Below the pieces are notes generated by a model. The model was not told the DNA's origin. It ran no database searches and worked only from the letters and a program-made list of their open reading frames with translations. A DNA stretch of 56,238 bases from an uncultured Clostridia bacterium (GTDB lineage: Bacteria > Bacillota > Clostridia > Christensenellales > DTU072). The position numbers and the translations under genes were made by a program. Position 1 is the first letter of the stretch; every line of letters begins with the position of its first letter. Location: positions 1 through 56,238 of the forward strand of contig CALVNM010000004.1 of the NCBI GenBank assembly GCA_944349735.1. The letters run 5' to 3'. This document shows, one piece after another, positions 17,745 to 27,275 of this stretch.

Positions 17745-20363
17745 TCACTCCACGGAATACCAGTCGGAACCCACTTTCGCTTCCGCGACGAGCGGGACTC
17801 TCAGTTCGGCTGCGTTTTCCATACATTCGACGAGGAGCGCGGCAACCTCTTTTACTTCGCTCTCGGGTGTATCTATGACGAGTTCGTCGTGGACCTGCAG
17901 TATCATTTTCGCCTTGTATCCGCCCTTCTTAAGCGCGTCGTATACTTTAAGCATGGCGATCTTCATGATGTCCGCGGCGGATCCCTGCAAAGGCATATTC
18001 ATCGCGGCGCGCTCGCCGAAATTTCTGATATTTCTGTTAGGCGAACGGAATTCGGGGAAATAACGTATGCGCCCGGCAAGCGTACGGATATAGCCGTGCG
18101 CGTGCGCGAATTCCACATTGGAATCCATGTAGGCTTTGACCGAAGGATACGTCTCGAAATACTTTTCGACGAATTCCTTGGCCTCGTACGGACGTATCCC
18201 TGTATTCTTGGCGAGGCCGAATGCGCTTATACCGTAAATTATTCCGAAATTGACGGCTTTGGCGTTACGCCGCATTTCCGAAGTAACGTCTTTAAGCGGA
18301 ACGCCCATTATTTTCGCCGCGGTAAGGGCGTGTATGTCCTCACCCCTTCTATAAGCTTCCGTAAGCACGGGATCTTCGCTGAAATGCGCAAGCAGCCTCA
18401 ATTCGATCTGTGAGTAGTCCGCGGAAACGAGCTTATTTCCCTTCCCGGGAACGAGCATTTTTCTTATTTCCTTGCCTTCTTCGGTACGGATAGGAATATT
18501 CTGGAGGTTCGGCTCGGTGGAAGAAAGACGTCCCGTAGACGTAAGACACTGCTTGAATACGGTGTGCACCTTATGCGTATTCGGATCCGTCACGGCGCGT
18601 ATGCCTTCGATATAAGTGGACTGCAATTTCTTTATCTTGCGATATCTGAGTATAGCGGTGACTACGGGATGATCGAGTTCCTCCAGTATCTCTGCGGCTA
18701 CGCTGTAACCCGTTTTTCCCTTAGTCTTTTTGCCGTGCGGAAGCCCGAGTTTCTCGAAAAGTATCACGCCGAGTTGCTGTACGGAATTTATATTGAATCT
18801 CTCGCCGGCAAGCTCGTAAATCTCTTCGGTAAGTGATTTGAGTTCCGCGTTATACTTTTCGCCGAGCGAGTTGAGTACGTCGAGATCGACTTCGAATCCC
18901 GCCTGCTCCGTATCGTAAAGCACTTTGACGAGAGGAAGTTCTATCTCGCGGTAAAGGCGCGTAAGTTCTTTGCTTTCGAGTTCCTCGTCCAGGGATGAGT
19001 TGATCGCAAAAGCGTTTGCGACGGCTCCTTCGCCCGCGCCCCAGGCAGCGGAAAGCTCGTAATAATTCTTATACGAATAATTCGAATTGCAAAGATAGGA
19101 TTTAAGAAGAATGTCTTCATACGGCGGAACGATCTCGATCCCTGCCCGAGCGAAAATATAAAATTTGTCTTTTACGTCGAAAAGCACCTTGGTCACTTTA
19201 TCCGAACTCAGCACGTCGGCAAAGGCATGCAGCGCGTCGTCGAAATTGACTCCTTCGTCGAAGAGATCCGCCGCACATTTAATTCTGTAGACGCAAGAAC
19301 CGTCGACGGCAAATTCGATGTTATCGCCGGCTTCAACAGCAATTTTATCTATATTGCCTTTAAGGATACCGTTCAATGCGTCGAGGGAATCTATTACGCG
19401 TATTTCCGCGTTTTTCAGCTCAGTTGCGAACGGAAGGAAACTTTCCTCTTCTTGGACGATGTCTTTTACTTTAGGTTTCGATGCCGCTGTCTTCGACGGC
19501 GCGCTTACGCCTTCGCCGAATCGGAACCGCGGTATCAGCCTGAAGCATTCGAGTTCGTTAAGCATCTCGAAAAATTCTTCGCCTATTTTAGTTTTGTCAA
19601 AGCCGAGATCGTTTAGCGTGCATTCGCACGGAACCGAAGTATTTATGGTCGCAAGTTCCTTGGAAAGATATACGGTTTCTTTATTTGCCGCGAGCCTTTC
19701 TCCGAGTTTGCCTTTGATTTCCGATATATGTTCATAAACGCCGTCCACGCTTCCGAAACGGGACAGGAGATCGCGAGCGGTCTTTTCGCCTACGCCGGGA
19801 CATCCTGGAATATTGTCCGAATTGTCACCGGCAAGCGCTTTATACTCTATTACCTTACCCGGAGTAAGTCCTTCTTCGCTTAGTTTCTCGAGGTCGTACG
19901 CCGTTATATCCGTAACGCCCCTTCTGGTATTATACACTACGGTATTTTCGTCCACGAGTTGGAGTACGTCTCTGTCTCCGCTTACAATCACGGTATCGAG
20001 ATCGAAGCGTTTGGCTATCGTTCCTATTATATCGTCGGCTTCGTAACCTTCGAGCGCAAGGATCTTTATCCCCATAGCGGCAAGCAGATCTTTGAGAAGA
20101 GGTATCTGCATGGCGAGCGCCTCATCCATGGGCTTGCGCGTAGCTTTGTAGCCGTCGTACATTTTATGACGGAAAGTGGGCGCTTTGAGGTCAAAAACGG
20201 CTCCTATGTGCGTAGGCGCTTCGTCGGCTATAAGCCGCGCAAGCATCGAGAGATAGCCGAATATCGCGTTTGTGACTATTCCCTTCTTGTTCTCGAGCGG
20301 AGGAAGCGCGTAATACGCTCTGTTTATAAGACTGTTGCTGTCCAGAAGTATGATCTTAGTCAT
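17745..20363 (-). CDS. polA: DNA polymerase I
   Basis: 5'-3' exonuclease motifs (LDSNSL, YKATR, EADDIIG, GDNSDNIPG) and polymerase motifs (TGRLSS.PNLQNIP, DYSQIELR, AKAVNFGIIYG, QVHDEL). Start moved to ATG 20363, coupled to the upstream stop. Confidence 0.97.
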   Translation of the reverse strand: MTKIILLDSNSLINRAYYALPPLENKKGIVTNAIFGYLSMLARLIADEAPTHIGAVFDLKAPTFRHKMYDGYKATRKPMDEALAMQIPLLKDLLAAMGIKILALEGYEADDIIGTIAKRFDLDTVIVSGDRDVLQLVDENTVVYNTRRGVTDITAYDLEKLSEEGLTPGKVIEYKALAGDNSDNIPGCPGVGEKTARDLLSRFGSVDGVYEHISEIKGKLGERLAANKETVYLSKELATINTSVPCECTLNDLGFDKTKIGEEFFEMLNELECFRLIPRFRFGEGVSAPSKTAASKPKVKDIVQEEESFLPFATELKNAEIRVIDSLDALNGILKGNIDKIAVEAGDNIEFAVDGSCVYRIKCAADLFDEGVNFDDALHAFADVLSSDKVTKVLFDVKDKFYIFARAGIEIVPPYEDILLKSYLCNSNYSYKNYYELSAAWGAGEGAVANAFAINSSLDEELESKELTRLYREIELPLVKVLYDTEQAGFEVDLDVLNSLGEKYNAELKSLTEEIYELAGERFNINSVQQLGVILFEKLGLPHGKKTKGKTGYSVAAEILEELDHPVVTAILRYRKIKKLQSTYIEGIRAVTDPNTHKVHTVFKQCLTSTGRLSSTEPNLQNIPIRTEEGKEIRKMLVPGKGNKLVSADYSQIELRLLAHFSEDPVLTEAYRRGEDIHALTAAKIMGVPLKDVTSEMRRNAKAVNFGIIYGISAFGLAKNTGIRPYEAKEFVEKYFETYPSVKAYMDSNVEFAHAHGYIRTLAGRIRYFPEFRSPNRNIRNFGERAAMNMPLQGSAADIMKIAMLKVYDALKKGGYKAKMILQVHDELVIDTPESEVKEVAALLVECMENAAELRVPLVAEAKVGSDWYSVE

Positions 20364-21601
20364 TATAGCTCCAATTTCATATCGTTGAATTTGATCCAAC
20401 CCATTTTACGCATTATCTCGCTTACCGCAAAACACACGACCGCAGGGATAACGAACATACAGAAGATTATGCCGAGCGCGATCTGCCAGTCGGGTATAAG
20501 CCCTGCGGAAGCGTCGATCACCCCGAAAACCCCTACGAGTCCCGATGTACCCATACCGCCGCCTGCCGCGGTGCAACGCAATTTGAATACGCTCGTTGCA
20601 AGCGGTCCGACTATCGCGCTCGCAATGACCGGAGGCACCATGATAAGCGGATGCCTCATCAGATTGGGGATCTGGAGCATACTCGTACCTATGCCCTGAG
20701 CTATGAGACCGCCCCATTTATTTTCGCGGAAGCTCTGTACCGCAAAGCCCACCATATGCGCCGCGCAACCTGCCGTTGCCGCGCCGCCCGCGATAAGCAT
20801 ATTGGGATCGCCTGCCATCGCGCCGCCCGCGATAACGAGCCATATAGCCGCGGATGAAGTAGGAAGAGTAAGCAATATCCCCATAGCCACGGCTATGATT
20901 ATTCCCATCGAAACGGGCGCGATACCGGTAGCGAGCGCTATACCTTCGCTTATGAGATTTACAAAAAGGATGAACGGATAAGCTACGTAAACCGAGAGCA
21001 TTGCGACTGTCATCATGCTAAGAGGTACGACGACTATGTCCACTTTGGTCTTGCCCGCCACGAGCAATCCGATCTCTATCGAGATAAGCGCTACGATATA
21101 TGTACCGATGGGATTACCCGGAGCAAAAGAAGCTGCATACGTTCCCGCAATTATCTGATCGGAAAACGCTCCCGCCATTCCCGCGACTGCTGCAGAGAAC
21201 ATGACGAGTTTGGGCGCTTTGAGTTCATGCGCCATTCCGATGCCTATTCCGGCACCCATGAGAGACTTGGCGATATTGGCGACCGCAGTCACAAATTTGC
21301 CTACGGCGATGCCCGCTTCCGTACCCGAAGACGTGATCCACCCGCCGATCTGGGCGAGTATGGTTCCCGCTATCAAAGTGCAGAACAGCCCCTGTGCCAT
21401 GCCGGTAAATGCTTTTATAAACCACCTGTTAAGCAGTTTCTTGACGACTGCGGAAATATTCTGTTTATCGAATTTTAAAGCTTTTACCGCTGTCCTTTCC
21501 TCGTCCGGAGTATCCTCGGTTTCGGTAAGCGCGTTTTGCTTATCGGCTTCTTCCGTCTTAAGTTCTTCTCCTGTAACTTCAGGACCCGTTTCTCTCTCCA
21601 T
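20363..21601 (-). CDS. PTS IIC-like membrane protein (PTS_EIIC_2 / PfoR-like), orphan
   Basis: GMAQGLFCTLIAG, GKTKVDIVVVP, LTLPTSSAAI, N.WGGLIAQGIGTSMLQIPN, GMGTSGLVG; multiple TM helices; no IIA/IIB genes nearby. Confidence 0.85.
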   Translation of the reverse strand: MERETGPEVTGEELKTEEADKQNALTETEDTPDEERTAVKALKFDKQNISAVVKKLLNRWFIKAFTGMAQGLFCTLIAGTILAQIGGWITSSGTEAGIAVGKFVTAVANIAKSLMGAGIGIGMAHELKAPKLVMFSAAVAGMAGAFSDQIIAGTYAASFAPGNPIGTYIVALISIEIGLLVAGKTKVDIVVVPLSMMTVAMLSVYVAYPFILFVNLISEGIALATGIAPVSMGIIIAVAMGILLTLPTSSAAIWLVIAGGAMAGDPNMLIAGGAATAGCAAHMVGFAVQSFRENKWGGLIAQGIGTSMLQIPNLMRHPLIMVPPVIASAIVGPLATSVFKLRCTAAGGGMGTSGLVGVFGVIDASAGLIPDWQIALGIIFCMFVIPAVVCFAVSEIMRKMGWIKFNDMKLEL

Positions 21602-21614
21602 ATATGTATCTCCT

Positions 21615-22757
21615 TCACGCGCCTTTGACGAGCGCCTTTACTATTTCGTAAACCTTGGGGAATTCTACGTCTTCCGCTTTTGCCGTCCAGCGCGCATTAA
21701 GCGCCGATACGAATTCCTCGGTAGAATATATCCTGAACTTTTCCACGCCGTAAAGTCCCGCCACGTATTCGAACATGGCTACGACCGCCCCGATTGCGGT
21801 AACGTCGGTATCGAGTTTAAGCTCCTCGGCAGCAACTTCAGCCGCGCGAGCCATCAGTTCTCTTCTGGTGCCCTGCGCCCCGAGTATCTCGGCTATGCGG
21901 ACATATGCCTTGTCCGAGAAATTCTCGAGATAATTTATGCTTTCGGCATACGTCTTGGGTCGAAGATAGTATTTGACGCCCATAAGCTTATCGGTAAATC
22001 TCAGCGCGTCATAATATCCGAGTTTGATGTTGCGCGCTATCTTCTCCTTACGGAAGTCCAAAGTCGTACCCAGATTTTCGGAAGGATCGATGTAGTCGAC
22101 TTTCACGCTTTTGTCGAGGACTTTCCGACTGGGCATCCTGCTTCCGGTGCGTATACCTATTATGTTGCGGTAACCTCTGTGAACGAGCGGCGTTACCGGG
22201 CAGTTATTATACATTCCGCCGTCCATGAAGCTTTTGCCTTCCACTTCGGGTCTGTTGAATACGGGGAAATACGCGCTCGTAAGTATATACTCCGTCAGTT
22301 TACCTTCCGGAATGTCTTCTTTGAACAGCTCCAGCGGAGTCCAGTTGTCGCTTATGGAAACAGTTACCATACAATAATCGACTTTCGACGCGCGTAATCT
22401 GGATTCGTCGATAAAGGTCTCGGCAAACTCCCTTATCTTGTCCATAGGAAGTCCGCGGTTCTTAAAAGTCTTTCTGGCAACGTTAAAAACGTATCTGAGC
22501 AGATCGCGGTCGTAATCGCGCGCAAGCAGACGATTGAACTTATCGTCGTCAAGTCCCGTAAGCGTAGAAAACGAAGCGTTGCGCCATATGTCCTCGAGTA
22601 GCGGGAAATCTCCTTGCGCAACTATCGCCCCGTTAAGAGCGCCTATAGACGTGCCGGCTATACCGTCGAAAGCGTATCCTCTTTCGAATAACGCTTTCAA
22701 CGCGCCGACATGGAATGCGCCTTTCGCGCCTCCGCCTTCGAGTGCAAGCCCGAGCAT
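21615..22757 (-). CDS. Patatin-like phospholipase / lipid acyl hydrolase
   Basis: Oxyanion motif LEGGGAKG, nucleophile GTSIG (GxSxG), catalytic DGG. Confidence 0.92.
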   Translation of the reverse strand: MLGLALEGGGAKGAFHVGALKALFERGYAFDGIAGTSIGALNGAIVAQGDFPLLEDIWRNASFSTLTGLDDDKFNRLLARDYDRDLLRYVFNVARKTFKNRGLPMDKIREFAETFIDESRLRASKVDYCMVTVSISDNWTPLELFKEDIPEGKLTEYILTSAYFPVFNRPEVEGKSFMDGGMYNNCPVTPLVHRGYRNIIGIRTGSRMPSRKVLDKSVKVDYIDPSENLGTTLDFRKEKIARNIKLGYYDALRFTDKLMGVKYYLRPKTYAESINYLENFSDKAYVRIAEILGAQGTRRELMARAAEVAAEELKLDTDVTAIGAVVAMFEYVAGLYGVEKFRIYSTEEFVSALNARWTAKAEDVEFPKVYEIVKALVKGA

Positions 22758-22760
22758 GGG

Positions 22761-25700
22761 TTACTTGATCACGAGGCGGAATTTAAGGCTCTGCGCTCTG
22801 CGCGGCAGAATCTTATACTGAGGTTTAAGCGTAGCTATACCGGGTACGTCGCCGCCTACGCCGCGCTGTCTGCCGTCGATATTGACGGTAAGATAATCTA
22901 GACTCTTCAGCTCATGGAGATGCTTCGCGGCATACAGCATTCCGAGCGTGTACGGATGCACGCTTGCTTCGAAAGGCTTCTCGTCCGCATATATCTCAAC
23001 GCCCTTGTCTCCGCCGACCTTGAGCCAACGCATCTCGGTATGGTTGCCGTTCTCCTGCGGATAGAGGTAATCGTGCAGAAATTCTTCCGCAGAACCGGAA
23101 TATTTCTTGATTAGAGCTGCAGTAGCTCTGTCGCAATAGTTCTCGAAAGGACCTTTGCCGTAGAAGCTTACGCCGTCCACTCCGTCGCGGAGAGCGAAGG
23201 TGAAGCCGAAGCGCTCCATTTCCTTCTTCGGAATAAGCGAAAGCTCGACGTCGATACTGCCGTCGGCATTGAATTTATAAAGAGTACGCATCTCTTTGAC
23301 GTGCGGCATCTTCCAATCTATCGCTACGGACACTTTGCCGTCGTTGGACATAACGTTGATGCGACGCACTCTCAGTTTCTTCTGCGCCCTCTTGAATCGG
23401 TCTACGCCCATATACCATTTCGCTATTGCGATGTCGACCTGCGGAAGACGATCGTTATCGATGGTAGCGCGGTAGAAATTGAGTTCGAACGGCTCTTTAA
23501 GCTTCTCTTTGCCCTGTTTGTCTATGCTTATGATCTTTCCCGTCTGCTTATCTATAATGGCGCGACAACCGCCGAAACTGACTACTATCTCTACGTCGGT
23601 GGCAGCGTATCCGCTCTCGCCTTTAACTTCGGGAAGCGCAAAATCTGCGCGCTTCAATATGAATTGCTCGTACGCCACGACGTGTCCGGCTTCCGAATAT
23701 GCGTTCGCCGCTCTCGATACGACGTTTACGACTAGACTTATTTCCCCGCCTTCGAAATTCCGATCGAGCGGGAGATCTACGGTGGCTATCTTACCGTTCT
23801 CCGCAGAAGGCATCTGGCGCGTGAACGAATCGACTAACTCGCCGTCGCAGTAAAGCTCGAGCCGCATGTCGAATTCGTTGAGATTAGTGAACATATAGCG
23901 GTTATAGAATGCGATCTTGCCTTCTATAAGCGCGATGTCTATCTGCTGATATTGTTTGCGTACTTCGTACAACGCGGGATTGGGGCTGCGGTCTCCGCGC
24001 AGTATCCCGTTGAAAGCGAAATTGCCGTTATTCGGCTTATCTCCGAAGTCGCCGCCGTAACGCCACTCGGTAACTCCGTCGGCGTTAGTATATTTGATCG
24101 TCTGATCGGCAAAATCCCATATGAATCCGCCCGCAAGCCTGTCATATTTCTTGAAAGCGTCCCAGTAATCCGAGAAATTGCCGAGCGAGTTACCCATACA
24201 GTGCGCGTATTCGCATTGCATGAACGGGAGATTGCGATATTTTTCGGGTTTGTAAGATACGCCCCACGGGCAGTAAATATAGCTTCCGTGCCTTATCGGT
24301 CTGTTTTCGCCTATCGGTTCCATTTTTTCAAGCGGAGCGTACATCTCGCTGATCACGTCGGATATCCAGCCGCTGGTATCCGCCTCGTAATGGATAAAGC
24401 GCGTATCGTCTATCTCGAGGGCGACTCTGCGCATCGCTTCAAATGCCTTGCCTCTTCCGGATTCGTTGCCGAGAGACCAGCACACGATGCAGGGATGGTT
24501 CTTATAGGTATTGACCATATTGCGCATACGGTAGCAACATTGCTCCGTCCAACGTCTGTTGCTGCGCGGAATAAGGAAAGAAAGTCCGTGCGTCTCAAGG
24601 TTATTCTCGCATATCACGAGGATACCGTATCTGTCGCACAGCTCGTAAAATCCGGGCTGGTTGGGATAATGGCAGGTACGTATCGCGGTGATGTTGTTCG
24701 CTTTACATATTTTGATGTCCTCTTCCACGAGAGCGAGCGGTACGGCGTGACCGTATTCGGGGTGGAATTCGTGACGGTTTACGCCCGTGAATTTGAGAGG
24801 TTTTCCGTTGAGGAGAATGAAAGGTCCCTTTCCGTCCTTCATAGGCACTATCTCTACCTTGCGGAAACCGAACGAGGTTATACGCCTGTCCACGAATTCC
24901 TCTCCGTCGTACAGATCGACTATGACTGCGTAAAGTTCGGGACGCTCGTGAGACCAGAGTTTAAAATTTTTAACGGGAGCGGCAAAAGACAATCTGCGTT
25001 TTTCCGTGGCGGAGAAAGGCTCAACGTCGAACGAACCGGCGAAAGCAGGTTCTTCCTCACCGTAATAATCGACGAGAGTGACGTAAACGACGGGAGAGCT
25101 AAGCCCCCTGCCTTTCCCGCTTATATCGATGTCGGCGACTATATCCGCGCGTGTAAAATCGTCTGAAAGCGCGCTTCTGAAGAACATGTCGGAGATCTCC
25201 GCTTTCGGCTTATAAAGAAGATCTACGTCGCGGAATATGCCCGAAAGACGCCACATATCCTGGTCTTCGAGATAGCTGCCGGTACAGAAACGGTATACCA
25301 CTACGTCGAGTTTATTTTCTCCGGGGCGCACGTAAGAAGTTATGTCGTACTCCTGCGCGTCGAAAGTATCCTCGGAATAGCCTACGAATTCGCCGTTGAC
25401 ATAAACTTCGGCGGCGCTGTTGACTCCTCCGAAATGGAGGAAGACGTTATCGGACGTCTCCTCGACGGTAAACATACGGGAATAACATCCCGCGGGGTTC
25501 TTGTCGCCGTAAACGTGCGGTATCATCGGAAGGAATTTGCTTTCTAAAGCGTACGGATACGCGATATTGGTGTATATCGGAGTATCGTAGCCCTTGAACT
25601 GCCATTCGCTGGGTACTTCTATCTCGTCGAAAACGCTGAGATCGGCGTCAGGCTTGGTGAAACCCCACGGTATCTCATAAACGGAATTACAGAATTTGAA

Positions 25701-25823
25701 TTTCCAGTTGCCGTTAAGGCTGACGGCCTTAAAATTGTTTTCGCTGTCGAGCGGGAAACCCGAAGCGTATCTTTCGATGGAATTAACGTTATATATTTCG
25801 GCTCTGCGCCAATAATCTTTCAT
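22761..25823 (-). CDS. lacZ: GH2 beta-galactosidase (LacZ-type), no signal peptide
   Basis: PIYTN, YLEDQDMWRLSGIFR, GVNRHE, NITAIRTCHYP, WSLGNE (acid/base), CEYAHCMGN (nucleophile), GGFIWDF, PQENGN. ATG 25823 has an AGGAGG RBS. Confidence 0.92.
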   Translation of the reverse strand: MKDYWRRAEIYNVNSIERYASGFPLDSENNFKAVSLNGNWKFKFCNSVYEIPWGFTKPDADLSVFDEIEVPSEWQFKGYDTPIYTNIAYPYALESKFLPMIPHVYGDKNPAGCYSRMFTVEETSDNVFLHFGGVNSAAEVYVNGEFVGYSEDTFDAQEYDITSYVRPGENKLDVVVYRFCTGSYLEDQDMWRLSGIFRDVDLLYKPKAEISDMFFRSALSDDFTRADIVADIDISGKGRGLSSPVVYVTLVDYYGEEEPAFAGSFDVEPFSATEKRRLSFAAPVKNFKLWSHERPELYAVIVDLYDGEEFVDRRITSFGFRKVEIVPMKDGKGPFILLNGKPLKFTGVNRHEFHPEYGHAVPLALVEEDIKICKANNITAIRTCHYPNQPGFYELCDRYGILVICENNLETHGLSFLIPRSNRRWTEQCCYRMRNMVNTYKNHPCIVCWSLGNESGRGKAFEAMRRVALEIDDTRFIHYEADTSGWISDVISEMYAPLEKMEPIGENRPIRHGSYIYCPWGVSYKPEKYRNLPFMQCEYAHCMGNSLGNFSDYWDAFKKYDRLAGGFIWDFADQTIKYTNADGVTEWRYGGDFGDKPNNGNFAFNGILRGDRSPNPALYEVRKQYQQIDIALIEGKIAFYNRYMFTNLNEFDMRLELYCDGELVDSFTRQMPSAENGKIATVDLPLDRNFEGGEISLVVNVVSRAANAYSEAGHVVAYEQFILKRADFALPEVKGESGYAATDVEIVVSFGGCRAIIDKQTGKIISIDKQGKEKLKEPFELNFYRATIDNDRLPQVDIAIAKWYMGVDRFKRAQKKLRVRRINVMSNDGKVSVAIDWKMPHVKEMRTLYKFNADGSIDVELSLIPKKEMERFGFTFALRDGVDGVSFYGKGPFENYCDRATAALIKKYSGSAEEFLHDYLYPQENGNHTEMRWLKVGGDKGVEIYADEKPFEASVHPYTLGMLYAAKHLHELKSLDYLTVNIDGRQRGVGGDVPGIATLKPQYKILPRRAQSLKFRLVIK

Positions 25824-25865
25824 TTCGTCCTCCTGCACGCAATATGCGCGAGTATATTATAATTT

Positions 25866-25894
25866 ATTATATCATATATCGCGCGCGAAGGCAA
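25866..25894 (-). promoter_or_regulatory. Putative sigmaA promoter of the GH2-patatin-IIC-polA-coaE-dinB run
   Basis: TTGCCT-N17-TATAAT with an extended -10 (TGaTATAAT); a second TATAAT lies 10 bp downstream. Confidence 0.65.
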
Positions 25895-25930
25895 TAGCAA
25901 AAAAACAAATTAAGTTTCCTTAACGCCATT

Positions 25931-25958
25931 AAAAAACGGACCGCGGAAGACGGTCCGT
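25931..25958 (-). terminator. Intrinsic terminator after purA
   Basis: ACGGACCG-N7-CGGTCCGT stem followed by a T-tract. Confidence 0.8.
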
Positions 25959-25984
25959 CGTAGGTATCAGGAATCGTAAGCGCA

Positions 25985-27259
25985 CTAACGTACGATGATC
26001 TCGTCGTGAGCGGGTCCGACGCCTATATATTTTACGGGCACTCCCGCGTAACGCTCGATGAGTTCGATGTATTTTTTCGCGTTAGCGGGAAGCTTGTCGT
26101 ATTCGCGTATATCTCGCGTCGACGTTAGCCAACCGTCCATCACCTCGTAAACAGGTTCTGCTTTATATAATTCCGTTGCCGAAGGCATGTAATCGATAAG
26201 CTCTCCGTTTAGTTTGTAGCCTGTGCACACTTTTATCTTCTCATAGGTATCTAGTTTATCTATCTTGCACACCGCAATGGAAGTGAAACCGTTGATCGTT
26301 GCGGCAAATTTAACGATCGGGAGATCGAGCCAGCCGAGACGTCTGGCACGTCCCGTTCTTGCGCCGAATTCATCGTCGATTTGGTTGCCTGAGCCACGGA
26401 ATCCGTCAGATTGCTCGTCATCCATCTCTGTGGGGAAAGGTCCGTCGCCTACAGCCGAAGAGAAGGCTTTCATTACGCCCACTATCTCGTCGATCTTACT
26501 GACCGGGAATCCTCCGCTGACCGCGGCGTAAGCTGCTACGGGATTGGAGGAAGTCACGTACGGATAGATACCGAGGTCTATATCTTTCATAGCGCCGAGC
26601 TGACCTTCGAAGAGCAGCTTTTCGCCTCTTGCTATGGCTTTGTTTACGAAAGAGACCGGCTCGACTATGCGTTTGCCGAGCTTCTCCGCCCATACTGCTA
26701 CTTTAGACATTATGTCCTCGACCGCGAATGTTTCGCAGCCTTTGGCTTCCAACTCCGCATTGATCGTAGGCATCACGGCCTCCACGCGCTTACGGCAATA
26801 TTCGAGATCGAGCAGATTCTCGAAGCGGAGCGCGTTGCGACGCGCTCTGTCGGCATAAGCGTAACCGATACCGCGCTTGGTGGTACCTATACCGGTGCGA
26901 CCGCTTTTCTCGCTCGCGCTGTCGAGAGCGATGTGATAAGGCATCAGTATTATAGCCCTCGAGCTGATATACAGAAGCGAAGTGTCGACACCCGATCCCT
27001 CTACCTCGGCAAGCTCCTTGAGAAGTTCGTCGGGGTTAATGACCATACCCGTATTTGCCAGAGCCTTACATCCGTCCTTGAATATTCCGCAGGGAATAAG
27101 GTGCAGTTTGAACGAACCTTTGTCGTTGACAACCGTGTGTCCCGCGTTGTCTCCGCCTTGGAAGCGTACGACCATATCCATATCTTTGGCAAGATAATCG
27201 ACTATTTTACCCTTTCCTTCGTCGCCGAACTGAGCGCCGACAAGTACTGTGACCGACAT
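25985..27259 (-). CDS. purA: Adenylosuccinate synthetase
   Basis: GAQFGDEGKGK, RFQGGDNAGHT, IGTTKRGIG, YPYVTSSN, GPFPTE, KIDKLD, IGVGP. Confidence 0.95.
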   Translation of the reverse strand: MSVTVLVGAQFGDEGKGKIVDYLAKDMDMVVRFQGGDNAGHTVVNDKGSFKLHLIPCGIFKDGCKALANTGMVINPDELLKELAEVEGSGVDTSLLYISSRAIILMPYHIALDSASEKSGRTGIGTTKRGIGYAYADRARRNALRFENLLDLEYCRKRVEAVMPTINAELEAKGCETFAVEDIMSKVAVWAEKLGKRIVEPVSFVNKAIARGEKLLFEGQLGAMKDIDLGIYPYVTSSNPVAAYAAVSGGFPVSKIDEIVGVMKAFSSAVGDGPFPTEMDDEQSDGFRGSGNQIDDEFGARTGRARRLGWLDLPIVKFAATINGFTSIAVCKIDKLDTYEKIKVCTGYKLNGELIDYMPSATELYKAEPVYEVMDGWLTSTRDIREYDKLPANAKKYIELIERYAGVPVKYIGVGPAHDEIIVR

Positions 27260-27275
27260 ATTGTCCCTCCGTAAT

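Noticed and set aside
25985-27259. Possible PurZ (2-aminoadenine pathway) rather than PurA
   Set aside because: The catalytic Asp in GDEGKG is retained (PurZ has Ser), and there is no phage context.
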